A stretch of 64,000 bases of DNA from Dehalococcoidia bacterium (GTDB taxonomy: Bacteria; Chloroflexota; Dehalococcoidia; Plut-88900): positions 320,001-384,000 of the forward strand of contig CBDBLV010000004.1 in the NCBI GenBank assembly GCA_965207225.1. Reading direction: 5' to 3'. Positions 39,712 to 49,305 of this stretch are shown in pieces (position 1 is the first letter of the stretch; every line of letters starts with the position of its first letter). The notes below the pieces were generated by a model, which was given only the letters and a program-made list of their open reading frames with translations, was not told the origin of the DNA and made no database searches. The translations under genes were made by a program, and so were the position numbers.

Positions 39712-41058
39712 ATGTCGGTCGCCTCCAAGCTTCCCCTCGCCGGTCGGCTCACCTTTTTCTATGGCTGGCGTATCATCGCGCTGGGCTTCCTCCTGAACCT
39801 TATGACCGCAGGCCTGAGCTCGTCGGCATTTTCGGTGTTTGTGAGCCCAATGGGAGACGACCTGGGCTGGTCACGATCGACAATCGTGTTGTCCACCACA
39901 ATCGGGACACTGGCGGCTGCGGTGTCGGGGCATTTCCTGGGGCTGGCTCTAGACAAGAGGCAAGGGGCGAGGCTGCTCGCAACCGGCGGGATGCTGATCA
40001 TAGGGGTAAGCACCATATTGATTGGCAGGATTCAGGAGAGCTGGCACCTGTACGGGCTATTCCTGATTGGAGGGGCGGTCGGGCTTTCTGCGTACCCGGG
40101 GCTCATTACGCCAACCATAGTGTCCAAGTGGTTCGTGCGCCGGCGGGGGATGGCCATCTCCTTTGCGAGCATGGGTCTACCGTCCAGTGGATTCATCCTG
40201 AGCCCCTATGCCAACTTCCTGATAAACGAGGTGGGCTGGCGTCAGGCCTGGACGTTTCTCGGGGTTACTGCCCTGGCTTTGACCGTGCCCTGGACTGCGC
40301 TTTTCATGCGCCGCCGCCCCGAGGACATCGGCCTCCGCCCTGACGGCGACGATCCGACAACGCGGCGCCTTGCGGGAGAAATGCCGCCAGTGGCGCCGGA
40401 TGAGCATTCCTGGACGATCCGGCAAGCTGTTACAACCCGGGCCTTTTGGCTAATTCTGATATCCAGCAGCCTGGGGATGTTCTGCTTTATCGGAGTACTT
40501 ATCAACTTCTTTGCATCGGTCACTGACTCGGAGTTCGGGTTTACCCGGGACCAGGCGACCCTGGCATTCAGCACTTTCTCTTTTCTTTCTCTTATCGGGA
40601 AGCTCCCGTGGGCTTACCTGGCCGACCGTATGGACCTGCGTCTCTCCAACGCTTTCACGTATGCAGGGCCGGCAATAGCGATGGCTGTGCTGGTCAACGC
40701 GAGCTCTCTGTGGATGCTGATCCTGTGGGGAGTGATATACGGGATTGGAGCGTCGGGTATATCCCTGCTTCCCTCTCTTGCGTGGGGAACGTACTTCGGT
40801 AGGACATTTCTGGGGTCAATCAGGGGGATTACATCCCCGGTGGCTTTCTTCGGGCAGGCAGTCGGGCCCCTGTTCGCGGCATTTCTGTATGACGAGCTGG
40901 GAAGCTATCAGGTCCCGTACTCGGTATTTATCGGCCTGTTCCTGCTGTCGGCGGCGCTGATGCTGTTTGCCCGAAAGCCCGTACCCCCAGCTCCAGAGCC
41001 AATTCCGGAGAGCCAGCGACTCTTTCCCAAAGACGCCTTAGAAAGCGTTTCCGGCTAG
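39712..41058 (+). CDS. MFS transporter
   Basis: FFYGWRI, LGWSRS, SKWFVRRRG and YFGRTFLGSIRG. Start re-called at ATG 39712. Confidence 0.9.
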   Translation: MSVASKLPLAGRLTFFYGWRIIALGFLLNLMTAGLSSSAFSVFVSPMGDDLGWSRSTIVLSTTIGTLAAAVSGHFLGLALDKRQGARLLATGGMLIIGVSTILIGRIQESWHLYGLFLIGGAVGLSAYPGLITPTIVSKWFVRRRGMAISFASMGLPSSGFILSPYANFLINEVGWRQAWTFLGVTALALTVPWTALFMRRRPEDIGLRPDGDDPTTRRLAGEMPPVAPDEHSWTIRQAVTTRAFWLILISSSLGMFCFIGVLINFFASVTDSEFGFTRDQATLAFSTFSFLSLIGKLPWAYLADRMDLRLSNAFTYAGPAIAMAVLVNASSLWMLILWGVIYGIGASGISLLPSLAWGTYFGRTFLGSIRGITSPVAFFGQAVGPLFAAFLYDELGSYQVPYSVFIGLFLLSAALMLFARKPVPPAPEPIPESQRLFPKDALESVSG

Positions 41059-41061
41059 TCC

Positions 41062-42306
41062 ATGAGAAGGCGGCCCTTCTACGGCTGGTGGGTCGTCACG
41101 ACCGGATTTATCGACCAGTTCACCGCTGCGGGGTTCGGAGTATACGCCTTCAGCGTCATGGTCAAGCCGATGACCGACGATCCTGAACTGGGCTGGTCGC
41201 GAACGGAACTGACATGGGGCATAACCATCGGGATAGTGGTGGCTACCAGCACGGGGCCCCTGTTCGGGGCTTTTCTGGACAAGAGGCATGGGCCCCGACT
41301 CCTGATGCTTACATTCGCGCTGATGGGTGCATTCGGGCTGATTATGACCAGCCGCGTACAATCCCTTTGGCAGTACTACTTGATGTTCGGAGTGGTCTCG
41401 GCGTTTTTTCTTCACACGACGATTTTCCTGATAGTTCCGACGGTGGTCTCCAAATGGTTCATACGGAACAGGGGTAGGGCGCTGATATTCTCGACCATGG
41501 GCCGACCGGCAAGCGGGCTGGTGATGCTGCCACTGACCCAGGTCTTGATGTCGGGGTTGGGGTGGAGGACAACCTGGCTGTTGCTGGGGATAGCGATCCT
41601 GGCCATAGTCATCCCGCTAAACGCGTTGTTTCTCCACCGCCGCCCCGAGGACCGGGGCCTCCTCCCCGATGGGGACCCCGAGCCGCCACGGTTCACACTT
41701 TCAGATGACGGGGGTGAGGCCAGCTGGACCCTCGGGTTGGCACTAAGGACTCGGGCGCTATGGCTGGTCCTCCTGGCGACGAACCTCAGTGGGGCAGGGA
41801 TCATAGGGGTGCTGGTCAACCAGGTTGCCTACTTGAAGGAGTTTTACAGCGACGCGGGGGCGGTGGGGGGCGCAACGCTGATCACGGCGTCAAGCCTTTT
41901 TGGCAGGCTCGGGTGGCTGCTGATAGCGGACAGGGTGAACCCCAGACACTCGGCTGCACTGAGTTTTCTGCTGTCGGCAGCAGGGATGTTCTTCCTGATC
42001 TATGCGGACAACGTGGTCATGATGGTGCTTTGGGGACTATCATTCGGGGTGGGGATAGGGGGGATGGACCCGATGACCTCCCTGGTGTGGGCCCGATTCT
42101 TCGGGCGCCGGTTCCTGGGTTCGATAAGAGGGTTCGTGACGATGACCAACATGGTCTCTACGGCAGGTTCGCCGCTGCTGGTAGCGGCGATATTTGAATC
42201 GACCGGCACCTACAGGCCGGCATTCATCATTCTGCTGGCAGCGTTCTTATTGGCAGCGGCACTGATTCTCGCCTCTCGGGCCCCGAGGCTTCCCGAAAAG
42301 AGGTAA
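41062..42306 (+). CDS. MFS transporter (paralog of the upstream gene)
   Basis: FYGWWVV, LGWSRT, SKWFIRNRG and FFGRRFLGSIRG. Confidence 0.92.
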   Translation: MRRRPFYGWWVVTTGFIDQFTAAGFGVYAFSVMVKPMTDDPELGWSRTELTWGITIGIVVATSTGPLFGAFLDKRHGPRLLMLTFALMGAFGLIMTSRVQSLWQYYLMFGVVSAFFLHTTIFLIVPTVVSKWFIRNRGRALIFSTMGRPASGLVMLPLTQVLMSGLGWRTTWLLLGIAILAIVIPLNALFLHRRPEDRGLLPDGDPEPPRFTLSDDGGEASWTLGLALRTRALWLVLLATNLSGAGIIGVLVNQVAYLKEFYSDAGAVGGATLITASSLFGRLGWLLIADRVNPRHSAALSFLLSAAGMFFLIYADNVVMMVLWGLSFGVGIGGMDPMTSLVWARFFGRRFLGSIRGFVTMTNMVSTAGSPLLVAAIFESTGTYRPAFIILLAAFLLAAALILASRAPRLPEKR

Positions 42307-42307
42307 C

Positions 42308-43330
42308 GTGCTATACATCTTTCACGGCGAAGACGATTTCTCCCGCAAGGAGGCGCTGGCGCGGCTTGTTGAGGGGCTCGGGGCTGCGGAGGAGCTGGCA
42401 ACCAACACTTCGAAGCTGGACGGGGCGGATGTTACGTTTGACCAACTGATGTCGGTAATCAATGCCCTGCCTTTCCTGGCTGACCATAGGCTCGTAATCG
42501 TTGAAGGCCTGCTGAGCAAGTCCAATCCTCCCGAACGGCAAAGGGGTGGGACGCCAGCGAGTCGGGCCAAGAGGGGAGCAAAGGCTGCAGGCCAATGGGA
42601 CGGCCTTCCGGAAGCGGTCAATGCCATGCCGCCGTCAACGGTCCTTGTCTTTGATGACGGCCCGCTGCACAGGGACAACACCATGCTCAAGGCCCTGGCT
42701 CCGGTGGCCAAAGTGAAGGCCTTCGAGCCTTTGAAGGGTGGAAAGCTACAAAGCTGGGTCCGCGACCGGGTCTTTGAGTCGGGTGGGCAGATATCTCCGA
42801 AGGCGACTTCTCTGCTTACGTCTTCCTATGATGGTTCACTCTGGAAATTGGCCGGGGACATCGAGAAATTGACGCTTTACGCCGCTGGGAGGGTTATAGA
42901 GGAGTCGGACGTTGAGAAACTGGTGGTCGGGAGCCAGGACTCCAACATCTTTGCACTGGTAGACGCGGTGATTACGGGGAACCGGACTCGGGCGTATAGA
43001 CAGTTGTCGGCGCTTTTGGCAAACGGTGTTTCGGCGTTTCACATCCTGACCATGGTAGGGCGTCAGCTGCGGATGATGGCCTTGGCAATGGACCTACGGT
43101 CGCGTCGGGTCCCAAGCTCGGAGTACCCGAGGCACCTGGGCACGAGCTCCCGGTTCGCAATAGATAAGGTGATGGAGCAAGCCTCGGGGACTAGCCTACC
43201 TGCCGTAACACGGGCCTACGAGGCTGTGCTGGAGACCGACCTGAAGCTGAAGTCGACGGACGAGCCAGAGGAAATTGCGTTGGAGATGCTGGTCGGGGCA
43301 CTGGCCACGACTCTCCGTTCCAGGAACTAG
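42308..43330 (+). CDS. holA: DNA polymerase III delta subunit
   Basis: YIFHGEDDF, LPFLADHRLVIV, IEKL-x-LY, IFALVDAV and D-x-x-LKS. Confidence 0.9.
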   Translation: MLYIFHGEDDFSRKEALARLVEGLGAAEELATNTSKLDGADVTFDQLMSVINALPFLADHRLVIVEGLLSKSNPPERQRGGTPASRAKRGAKAAGQWDGLPEAVNAMPPSTVLVFDDGPLHRDNTMLKALAPVAKVKAFEPLKGGKLQSWVRDRVFESGGQISPKATSLLTSSYDGSLWKLAGDIEKLTLYAAGRVIEESDVEKLVVGSQDSNIFALVDAVITGNRTRAYRQLSALLANGVSAFHILTMVGRQLRMMALAMDLRSRRVPSSEYPRHLGTSSRFAIDKVMEQASGTSLPAVTRAYEAVLETDLKLKSTDEPEEIALEMLVGALATTLRSRN

Positions 43331-43366
43331 GAATGCACGGATCAGAAGGCAGAGGATGGGTCGGGT

Positions 43367-44002
43367 CTACCTGAGAGGGGCGGGGTGGAACCTTCCGGCC
43401 TTGAGTTCGGCGATCAGGTCTTCGAGCCCAGTGATTTGTCGCTCGAACTCGGTCGCGTTCTTGGCGATGTCGTGGGTCTGGTGGGAGTCGCTGGTGGCGA
43501 CGCCTTTCAGGTTCAACCTGCGGCACACCTCTTCGGCAAAGGCGTTTTCCTGGTCAGACCCGCGCCCATTGTTGACCTCCGCTCCTTCGACGATGGCTAG
43601 CATGCTGTTGGTACAGGCTTTCTGTAGCATACCTTCATATTCTTCGGCGTCCTTGTACTCGGGCCTGAAGCGTCGGCGATAGGGATGGGCGGCCAGCATC
43701 GCACCTCCGGCCTTGTCAACCATATCTTTCAGGAACCAGGTCTTGTGCATCCCGAAGACGTAGTGATCGAGGCCGAAGACGAGGAGGTGTCCTTCGTCGG
43801 TGTTGATCTCAACAGCGGGAATTACCAGGAATTCCATGCGCTTTCCTAGGTTGACCAACTCGTCGTGGTCCCAGAAGAAATCGTGCTCGGTGATAGCTAT
43901 GCCGTCAAGACCGGCTTTTTTTGCTTCGTCAATCAGGTGTTCGGGGGGAAGGAGGCTGTCATCGGAGTATCGGGAGGTGTGGTTGTGGAGATCTATAAGC
44001 AT
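43367..44002 (-). CDS. PHP-domain protein
   Basis: Motifs IDLHNHT, SDDS, ITEHD, GHLLVFG, AHPYR and SDSH. Confidence 0.9.
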   Translation of the reverse strand: MLIDLHNHTSRYSDDSLLPPEHLIDEAKKAGLDGIAITEHDFFWDHDELVNLGKRMEFLVIPAVEINTDEGHLLVFGLDHYVFGMHKTWFLKDMVDKAGGAMLAAHPYRRRFRPEYKDAEEYEGMLQKACTNSMLAIVEGAEVNNGRGSDQENAFAEEVCRRLNLKGVATSDSHQTHDIAKNATEFERQITGLEDLIAELKAGRFHPAPLR

Positions 44003-44192
44003 TGCATCGGGGTTGTTCTGCGATTCACAATAGTCTTGCATGTCGATGTGGCCTAGTCAACCGCGACCTTGTATCAATTCCTGTGGTAATTGGACAGCGC
44101 ACGTTAAATTAAGGATGACAGGTTGGGTTGCCTCATATCCAATATCTTCTTATGTTAAAATCGCGGTATAGCGAGACAGGAAACGTGTACGA

Positions 44193-44420
44193 ATGGACTA
44201 TTCCACAATCATCACAATCGACCCCCAGAAGCGAGGCGGCAAGCCCTGTATCAGGGGGCTTCGGATAACTGTTTACGATGTGTTGGAATATCTTGCATCC
44301 GGCATGTCGGAGGAACAGATCCTTTCAGATTTTCCAGATCTGGAAGAAAAAGACATTAAGGCGTCGCTGGCCTTCGCCGCAGATCGCGAGAGGCGACTGG
44401 TTGCTCTGCCTCCACAATGA
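44193..44420 (+). CDS. DUF433 antitoxin
   Basis: GGKPCIRGLRITVYDVLEYLASGMS-x-x-x-IL-x-DFPDL. Confidence 0.93.
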   Translation: MDYSTIITIDPQKRGGKPCIRGLRITVYDVLEYLASGMSEEQILSDFPDLEEKDIKASLAFAADRERRLVALPPQ

Positions 44421-44749
44421 GGCTCCTCTTCGATCAAAACCTGTCCCATAGGCTAAAGATTCTACTCAATGACCTCTTTCCGGAATCTCTCCACGTCAGG
44501 GACGCTGGGCTTGGAACATCAGATGATTGGGCAGTCTGGGAATACGCTAAGGCCAATTTCTTTACTCTAGTCTCCAAAGACTCCGACTTTAGACAGCTAA
44601 GCTTTGCCTACGGGCATCCCCCCAAAGTTATTTGGATAAGACGCGGCAACTGCACAACCACACAAATCGTTACAATTCTGCGTAACGGGTATAAGGACAT
44701 TATCGACTTTATCGAGGACCCTCAAGGTTCTTTCTTAGCAATCGTCTAA
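44417..44749 (+). CDS. DUF5615 PIN-like toxin
   Basis: MRLLFDQNLS, SLHVRD, VSKDSDF and PPKVIW-x-R-x-GN; ATGA overlap with the antitoxin. Confidence 0.9.
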   Translation: MRLLFDQNLSHRLKILLNDLFPESLHVRDAGLGTSDDWAVWEYAKANFFTLVSKDSDFRQLSFAYGHPPKVIWIRRGNCTTTQIVTILRNGYKDIIDFIEDPQGSFLAIV

Positions 44750-44805
44750 GCCGAAATCTGACCATATTTACGCAGCCGAGCGTATATGCTAACCACCGGA
44801 CACCC

Positions 44806-46131
44806 TTGGAGGACCCTTTGGACCCGACCACCGACAGCGTGACAATGGAAAAGATTGTGTCCCTTTGCAAGCGCCGCGGGCTGATATTTCAGAACTCGGA
44901 GATTTACGGAGGTCTCGGGAGTGTGTGGGACTACGGGCCCCTGGGGGTGGAGTTAAAGCGCAACGTGAAGGACGCCTGGTGGCGGTCCATGGTACAACAG
45001 AGGAGCGACGTGGTGGGTCTGGACTCCGCGATCCTAATGCACCCGCGGGTGTGGGAGGCAAGCGGACACCTGGAGAGCTTCACCGATCCGCTAGTCGAGT
45101 GTCGGGAGTGCAATCAGCGTTGGAGGGACGACGCCCTCGTCGAGGGCCGCTGTCCAAAGTGCAATGGCGAGGTCGGTGAGGCGCGGATGTTCAACCTGAT
45201 GTTCAAGAGCTTCATGGGCCCCGTGGAGGACGATGCTGCAGTAGTCTACCTGCGCCCCGAGACCGCCCAAGGTATATTCGTCAACTTTGAAAACGTGCTC
45301 AACTCAACTCGCAAGCGGCTCCCTTTTGGAATAGCGCAGATCGGGAAGTCCTTCCGCAACGAGATCACGCCGGGCAACTTCACCTTCAGGACCCGGGAGT
45401 TCGAGCAGATGGAGATGGAGTATTTCGTAATGCCTGAAGAGGCGGATGCCTCACTCCAATACTGGGTGGAGCAGAGGTTCCAATGGTACCTGGACCTCGG
45501 GGTGCGGGCCGAGAATCTGCGCCTCCGATGGCACGGTCCCGACGAACTGGCCCACTACGCCAAGGCCACCGCCGACGTGGAGTACCTGTTTCCCATGGGC
45601 TGGTCCGAGTTGGAAGGTATAGCCAACCGCACGGACTTCGACCTGCTTCAACATTCGAAGGTGAGTAGCAAATCGCTGACAGTGTTCGATGAGCCGAACA
45701 AGAGGCATGTCACGCCGTTTGTGATCGAGCCGTCGGGCGGGGTGGACAGGGCCACACTAGCCTTCCTCGTGGACTCCTACAGGGAGGAGGAGGTGAGGGG
45801 AGAGACCCGTGTCCTGCTTAAGCTACACAAGGACCTATGCCCCGTGCAGGTGGCAGTGCTGCCGCTCAGCCGTAACCAGCGTCTTCTTCCTCTGTCGCAA
45901 GAAGTGTTTGAGTCGGTCAGGGTCAATTTCAGGGCACAATATGACGATGCGCAGTCCATCGGGCGGAGGTACCGCCGGCAGGACGAGATCGGGACTCCGC
46001 TGTGCGTGACGGTCGACTTCGACTCGCTGGACGACAATGCGGTGACCATAAGGGACCGGGACACGATGAACCAGGCTCGGGTGCCGATTGAGGGTTTGGT
46101 GGCTGAAGTTCGGAGTCGCCTGGGCATCTAA
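44806..46131 (+). CDS. glyQS: Glycine--tRNA ligase (homodimeric type)
   Basis: SEIYGG, YLRPETAQG, GKSFRNEI, FRTREFEQME and IGRRYRRQDEIG. The start may be 44845. Confidence 0.96.
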   Translation: MEDPLDPTTDSVTMEKIVSLCKRRGLIFQNSEIYGGLGSVWDYGPLGVELKRNVKDAWWRSMVQQRSDVVGLDSAILMHPRVWEASGHLESFTDPLVECRECNQRWRDDALVEGRCPKCNGEVGEARMFNLMFKSFMGPVEDDAAVVYLRPETAQGIFVNFENVLNSTRKRLPFGIAQIGKSFRNEITPGNFTFRTREFEQMEMEYFVMPEEADASLQYWVEQRFQWYLDLGVRAENLRLRWHGPDELAHYAKATADVEYLFPMGWSELEGIANRTDFDLLQHSKVSSKSLTVFDEPNKRHVTPFVIEPSGGVDRATLAFLVDSYREEEVRGETRVLLKLHKDLCPVQVAVLPLSRNQRLLPLSQEVFESVRVNFRAQYDDAQSIGRRYRRQDEIGTPLCVTVDFDSLDDNAVTIRDRDTMNQARVPIEGLVAEVRSRLGI

Positions 46132-46190
46132 GTCTCACCCTTCTCCGGCGGGCCGGTATACTAAGGCTATGCCGCCAACGAGACATCTAA

Positions 46191-47444
46191 TTGCGTATAG
46201 TCCATTTCTCTGATTTGCACATAGGCGTCGAAAATTACGGCCGCCTGGACCCGAGCACGGGCCTTTCGACGCGGATGGGTGACTTCCTTTCGGCGCTGGA
46301 CGAGCTAGTGGAGTATTCGCTGGGCAATGACGTGGATTTGGTGCTTTTTGCCGGGGATGCGTTCAAGAGCCGGGAGCCGAAGCAGACCCAACAGCGGGAG
46401 TTCGCCAAGCGAATAGCCCGGCTGGCAAACGCGGGGATTCAGGTGTTTCTGCTGGTCGGCAACCACGACCTTCCCTACGCGTTGGCCCAGGCCACGGCAA
46501 TCGAGATATACCACACGCTGGAGGTTGAGAACGTAGTCGTGGCCGACAGGGTTGGTACGTGGCGGATAGACACGAAGTCGGGGCCCGTTCAGGTTGTCGG
46601 GCTTCCGTGGCCACGCCGCTCTGTCCTGTTGACCCGGGACATGATCAGGAACCTCACTTTCGACCAGATCAACGACCGGATGCAAACACTTCTTACAGAG
46701 CTGTTGCAGAATGAGGCTGATTCCCTGGACCCATCCGTACCCGCGTTCCTGGCAGCGCATGTAACCGTGGCTCAGGCGACGGTCGGGTCTGAGCGAAGCA
46801 TGATGATTGGAAACGACCACGTGCTTCTCCTCAGTAACGTAGCGTTGCCACAATTCGAATATGTGGCGCTTGGACACATCCATAAGACGCAGGTGTTAAC
46901 GGAGTCGCCGCCGGTGGTTTACAGCGGCAGCATGCAGCGCGTTGACTTCAGTGAGGAGAAGGACCCCAAGGGGTTCTACGTCGTGGATGTCGACGCGGGA
47001 CTGCCACAGGGGAGTCGAGTGACGGGCTACAGGTTTCAGCCTGTCCAAGCCCGACCCTTCCTGACCATTGACGTAGACATTGCCACCGACGACCCCGACC
47101 CTACATCGACCATAGTCAGGCGTATCCAGGACTCGGCGGTGGCGGATGCGGTGGTGCGGCTGCGTATAAAGGTTGCGGCAGAGCTGGAAGCCATGATTAT
47201 TGATTCGGAGATCCGGAAGGCGCTGGCGCCGGCACACTTTGTGGCTTCGATCAACCGGGAGGTGGACAGGACGCGGACATTCAGGCTGGAGGGTCGGGCT
47301 ATTGACGGGATGACTTCGCTCGACGCCCTGAAGGCATATCTTGACGCCTCAGCCGAGGATCGGGGGTGGTCACATTCACAAGTGGACGAGATGCTGGCAC
47401 TGGGCGAAGATCTAATCCGGGAGTCAGGGGAATCCAAGTCCTGA
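46191..47444 (+). CDS. sbcD: SbcD/Mre11 nuclease subunit
   Basis: Motifs HFSDLHIG, AGDAF, GNHD, ALGHIH and YSGSMQRVDFSE. Confidence 0.93.
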   Translation: MRIVHFSDLHIGVENYGRLDPSTGLSTRMGDFLSALDELVEYSLGNDVDLVLFAGDAFKSREPKQTQQREFAKRIARLANAGIQVFLLVGNHDLPYALAQATAIEIYHTLEVENVVVADRVGTWRIDTKSGPVQVVGLPWPRRSVLLTRDMIRNLTFDQINDRMQTLLTELLQNEADSLDPSVPAFLAAHVTVAQATVGSERSMMIGNDHVLLLSNVALPQFEYVALGHIHKTQVLTESPPVVYSGSMQRVDFSEEKDPKGFYVVDVDAGLPQGSRVTGYRFQPVQARPFLTIDVDIATDDPDPTSTIVRRIQDSAVADAVVRLRIKVAAELEAMIIDSEIRKALAPAHFVASINREVDRTRTFRLEGRAIDGMTSLDALKAYLDASAEDRGWSHSQVDEMLALGEDLIRESGESKS

Positions 47445-47484
47445 GCCCACGCACACCTTTAATCTACTCTACAGGAACAGGTCT

Positions 47485-48546
47485 ATGAAAATTTTCGACT
47501 ACATGGAGGAATACGGCTACGAGGAGTTGGCCTTCTACACGGACGAGGCTGCGGGGCTGAGGGCCCTTGTCTGCATCCATGACACGACTCTCGGGCCTGC
47601 ATGCGGAGGGACCCGGATGTGGCCCTTTGCCACTGAGGAAGAGGCAATACTGGATGTGCTGCGGCTGGCGCGGGCCATGACCTATAAGTCCTCGCTGGCG
47701 GGGCTGGACTACGGCGGGGGAAAGGCGGTCATCATCGCCGACCCGACCACCGACAAGTCGGAAGCACTCTTTCGGGCACACGGCCGATTCGTGGACACTC
47801 TGGGCGGGCGGTACTTTACGACTGAGGATGTCGGGATTGTGGCTGAGGACGTAGTAAACATGCGCAAGGAGACGCAATATGCGGTCGGGCTGCCGGAGTC
47901 CCATGGAGGGCTGGGAGGGGCGGAGGTAATCACGGGATATGGTATCTACCGGGGGGCCCGGGCGTGCATGAAGGAGCTCACGGGTTCGGACTCGCTGGAG
48001 GGGAAGACGGTGGCCATCCAGGGTTTCGGGAAGGTTGCCTACCACTACGCTCGACACCTGAAGGAGGACGGGGCACGGATTATAGCCGCAGACATCAACG
48101 AGACCCGTATTGCAGAGGCCGCGGGCATGGGGGCCACTATCGTGGCGCCGGAGGAGATTCACGCTGTCGAATGCGACATCTTTTCACCGTGTGCGCTGGG
48201 TGGGGTGCTGAACGACGAGACGATACCGCAGATCAAGGCTCCAATAGTGGCGGGGGCGGCCAATAACCAGCTACAGGAGCCCCGGCACGCAGAGGCCCTT
48301 GCCGAAGCCGGAATCCTATACGCGCCCGACTACGCCATCAATCCTGGCGGCGTCATAACAGTCGCCTGCGAAATAGAGGGGAAAAGCAAGGATGCAGCCC
48401 TGGAGAAGATCGGCGGGGTACACGACACACTGTTGGACATCTTCGCCCAAGCGAAGGCCAGGGGAATTACGACAGCAGAGGCAGCAGACCGGCTGGCGGA
48501 GGCTAGGATAAGGAGCGTGGCGGGGGTGAAGAAGATCGCGAGGTAG
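47485..48546 (+). CDS. Leucine/valine dehydrogenase (Glu/Leu/Phe/Val dehydrogenase family)
   Basis: IHDTTLGPACGGTR, MTYK, GGGKAVI, QGFGKV, PCALG and GAANNQL. Confidence 0.93.
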   Translation: MKIFDYMEEYGYEELAFYTDEAAGLRALVCIHDTTLGPACGGTRMWPFATEEEAILDVLRLARAMTYKSSLAGLDYGGGKAVIIADPTTDKSEALFRAHGRFVDTLGGRYFTTEDVGIVAEDVVNMRKETQYAVGLPESHGGLGGAEVITGYGIYRGARACMKELTGSDSLEGKTVAIQGFGKVAYHYARHLKEDGARIIAADINETRIAEAAGMGATIVAPEEIHAVECDIFSPCALGGVLNDETIPQIKAPIVAGAANNQLQEPRHAEALAEAGILYAPDYAINPGGVITVACEIEGKSKDAALEKIGGVHDTLLDIFAQAKARGITTAEAADRLAEARIRSVAGVKKIAR

Positions 48547-48552
48547 GGTTCT

Positions 48553-49305
48553 CTAGGGTTCGCGGATCTTGGTACGGGCGTCGTGGGGGTAGGTGTTGGT
48601 CTCGATCATGCGGGCCTTGACTGCGGTGCGGAGGAGCAGCAGCTCCTCGTCGGAGATTTGGGGTGTCATGGGTGCTTGCTCGGCGGTGCCCTTGATCGAG
48701 AGGTCGAAGCCCGTGTTGTCCCTCACTTCTTCCAGGGTGTGACCCTGATGCACCGAGGCCAGTTCGAGGTGTCCCGACTCCCGGGAGAGCTCCATGCGGG
48801 CCATGGGGGTTACAACTATCACCTCCCTGTTGCGTCGGGAGAATCCCTCGGGGGAAGAGGCGGAAGCGGAGACGTAATCTACTTTTTCGACGAAGGTGCG
48901 ACGGTCGTGGCGGGTGCGGAATAGGACGACTTTCGGGACGGCGTAGTAGAGGAGGCCGGAGCCGTACTGGCCGGGCATCCTGACGTCCGGGGCGTCGGGG
49001 TCTCCGATGAGCTGGAGGTTGAAGTTGGCCTCTCGGTCTATCTCTATACCGCTTAAGAAGAAAAGGTCGAGCTTGCCGCGCTGGGCCAGGTAATGAAAGT
49101 CTTTGCCGCCCACGAAGGGGTTGTAGTAGTCGCTGTCCAGGATTATGAACTCACCGTTGGGGGCGTGGGAGGCCTCGGCGAGGAGGAGGGCGCAGGCGGG
49201 GATGAAGGAGAGGGCGCCGCAGGCAGAGGTCTCCCAATCCCGCACCTCCCGGGACAGGAGGACGGCCATGAATTCTTCGAAGGCGCAGTCGGGAGAGAGG
49301 GTCAC
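48553..49305 (-). CDS. Family I CoA-transferase beta subunit (GctB-like)
   Basis: DLFFLSGIEIDREANFNL, PG-x-x-GS, HDRRTFVEKVDYVS and VRDNTGF. Confidence 0.85.
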   Translation of the reverse strand: MTLSPDCAFEEFMAVLLSREVRDWETSACGALSFIPACALLLAEASHAPNGEFIILDSDYYNPFVGGKDFHYLAQRGKLDLFFLSGIEIDREANFNLQLIGDPDAPDVRMPGQYGSGLLYYAVPKVVLFRTRHDRRTFVEKVDYVSASASSPEGFSRRNREVIVVTPMARMELSRESGHLELASVHQGHTLEEVRDNTGFDLSIKGTAEQAPMTPQISDEELLLLRTAVKARMIETNTYPHDARTKIREP

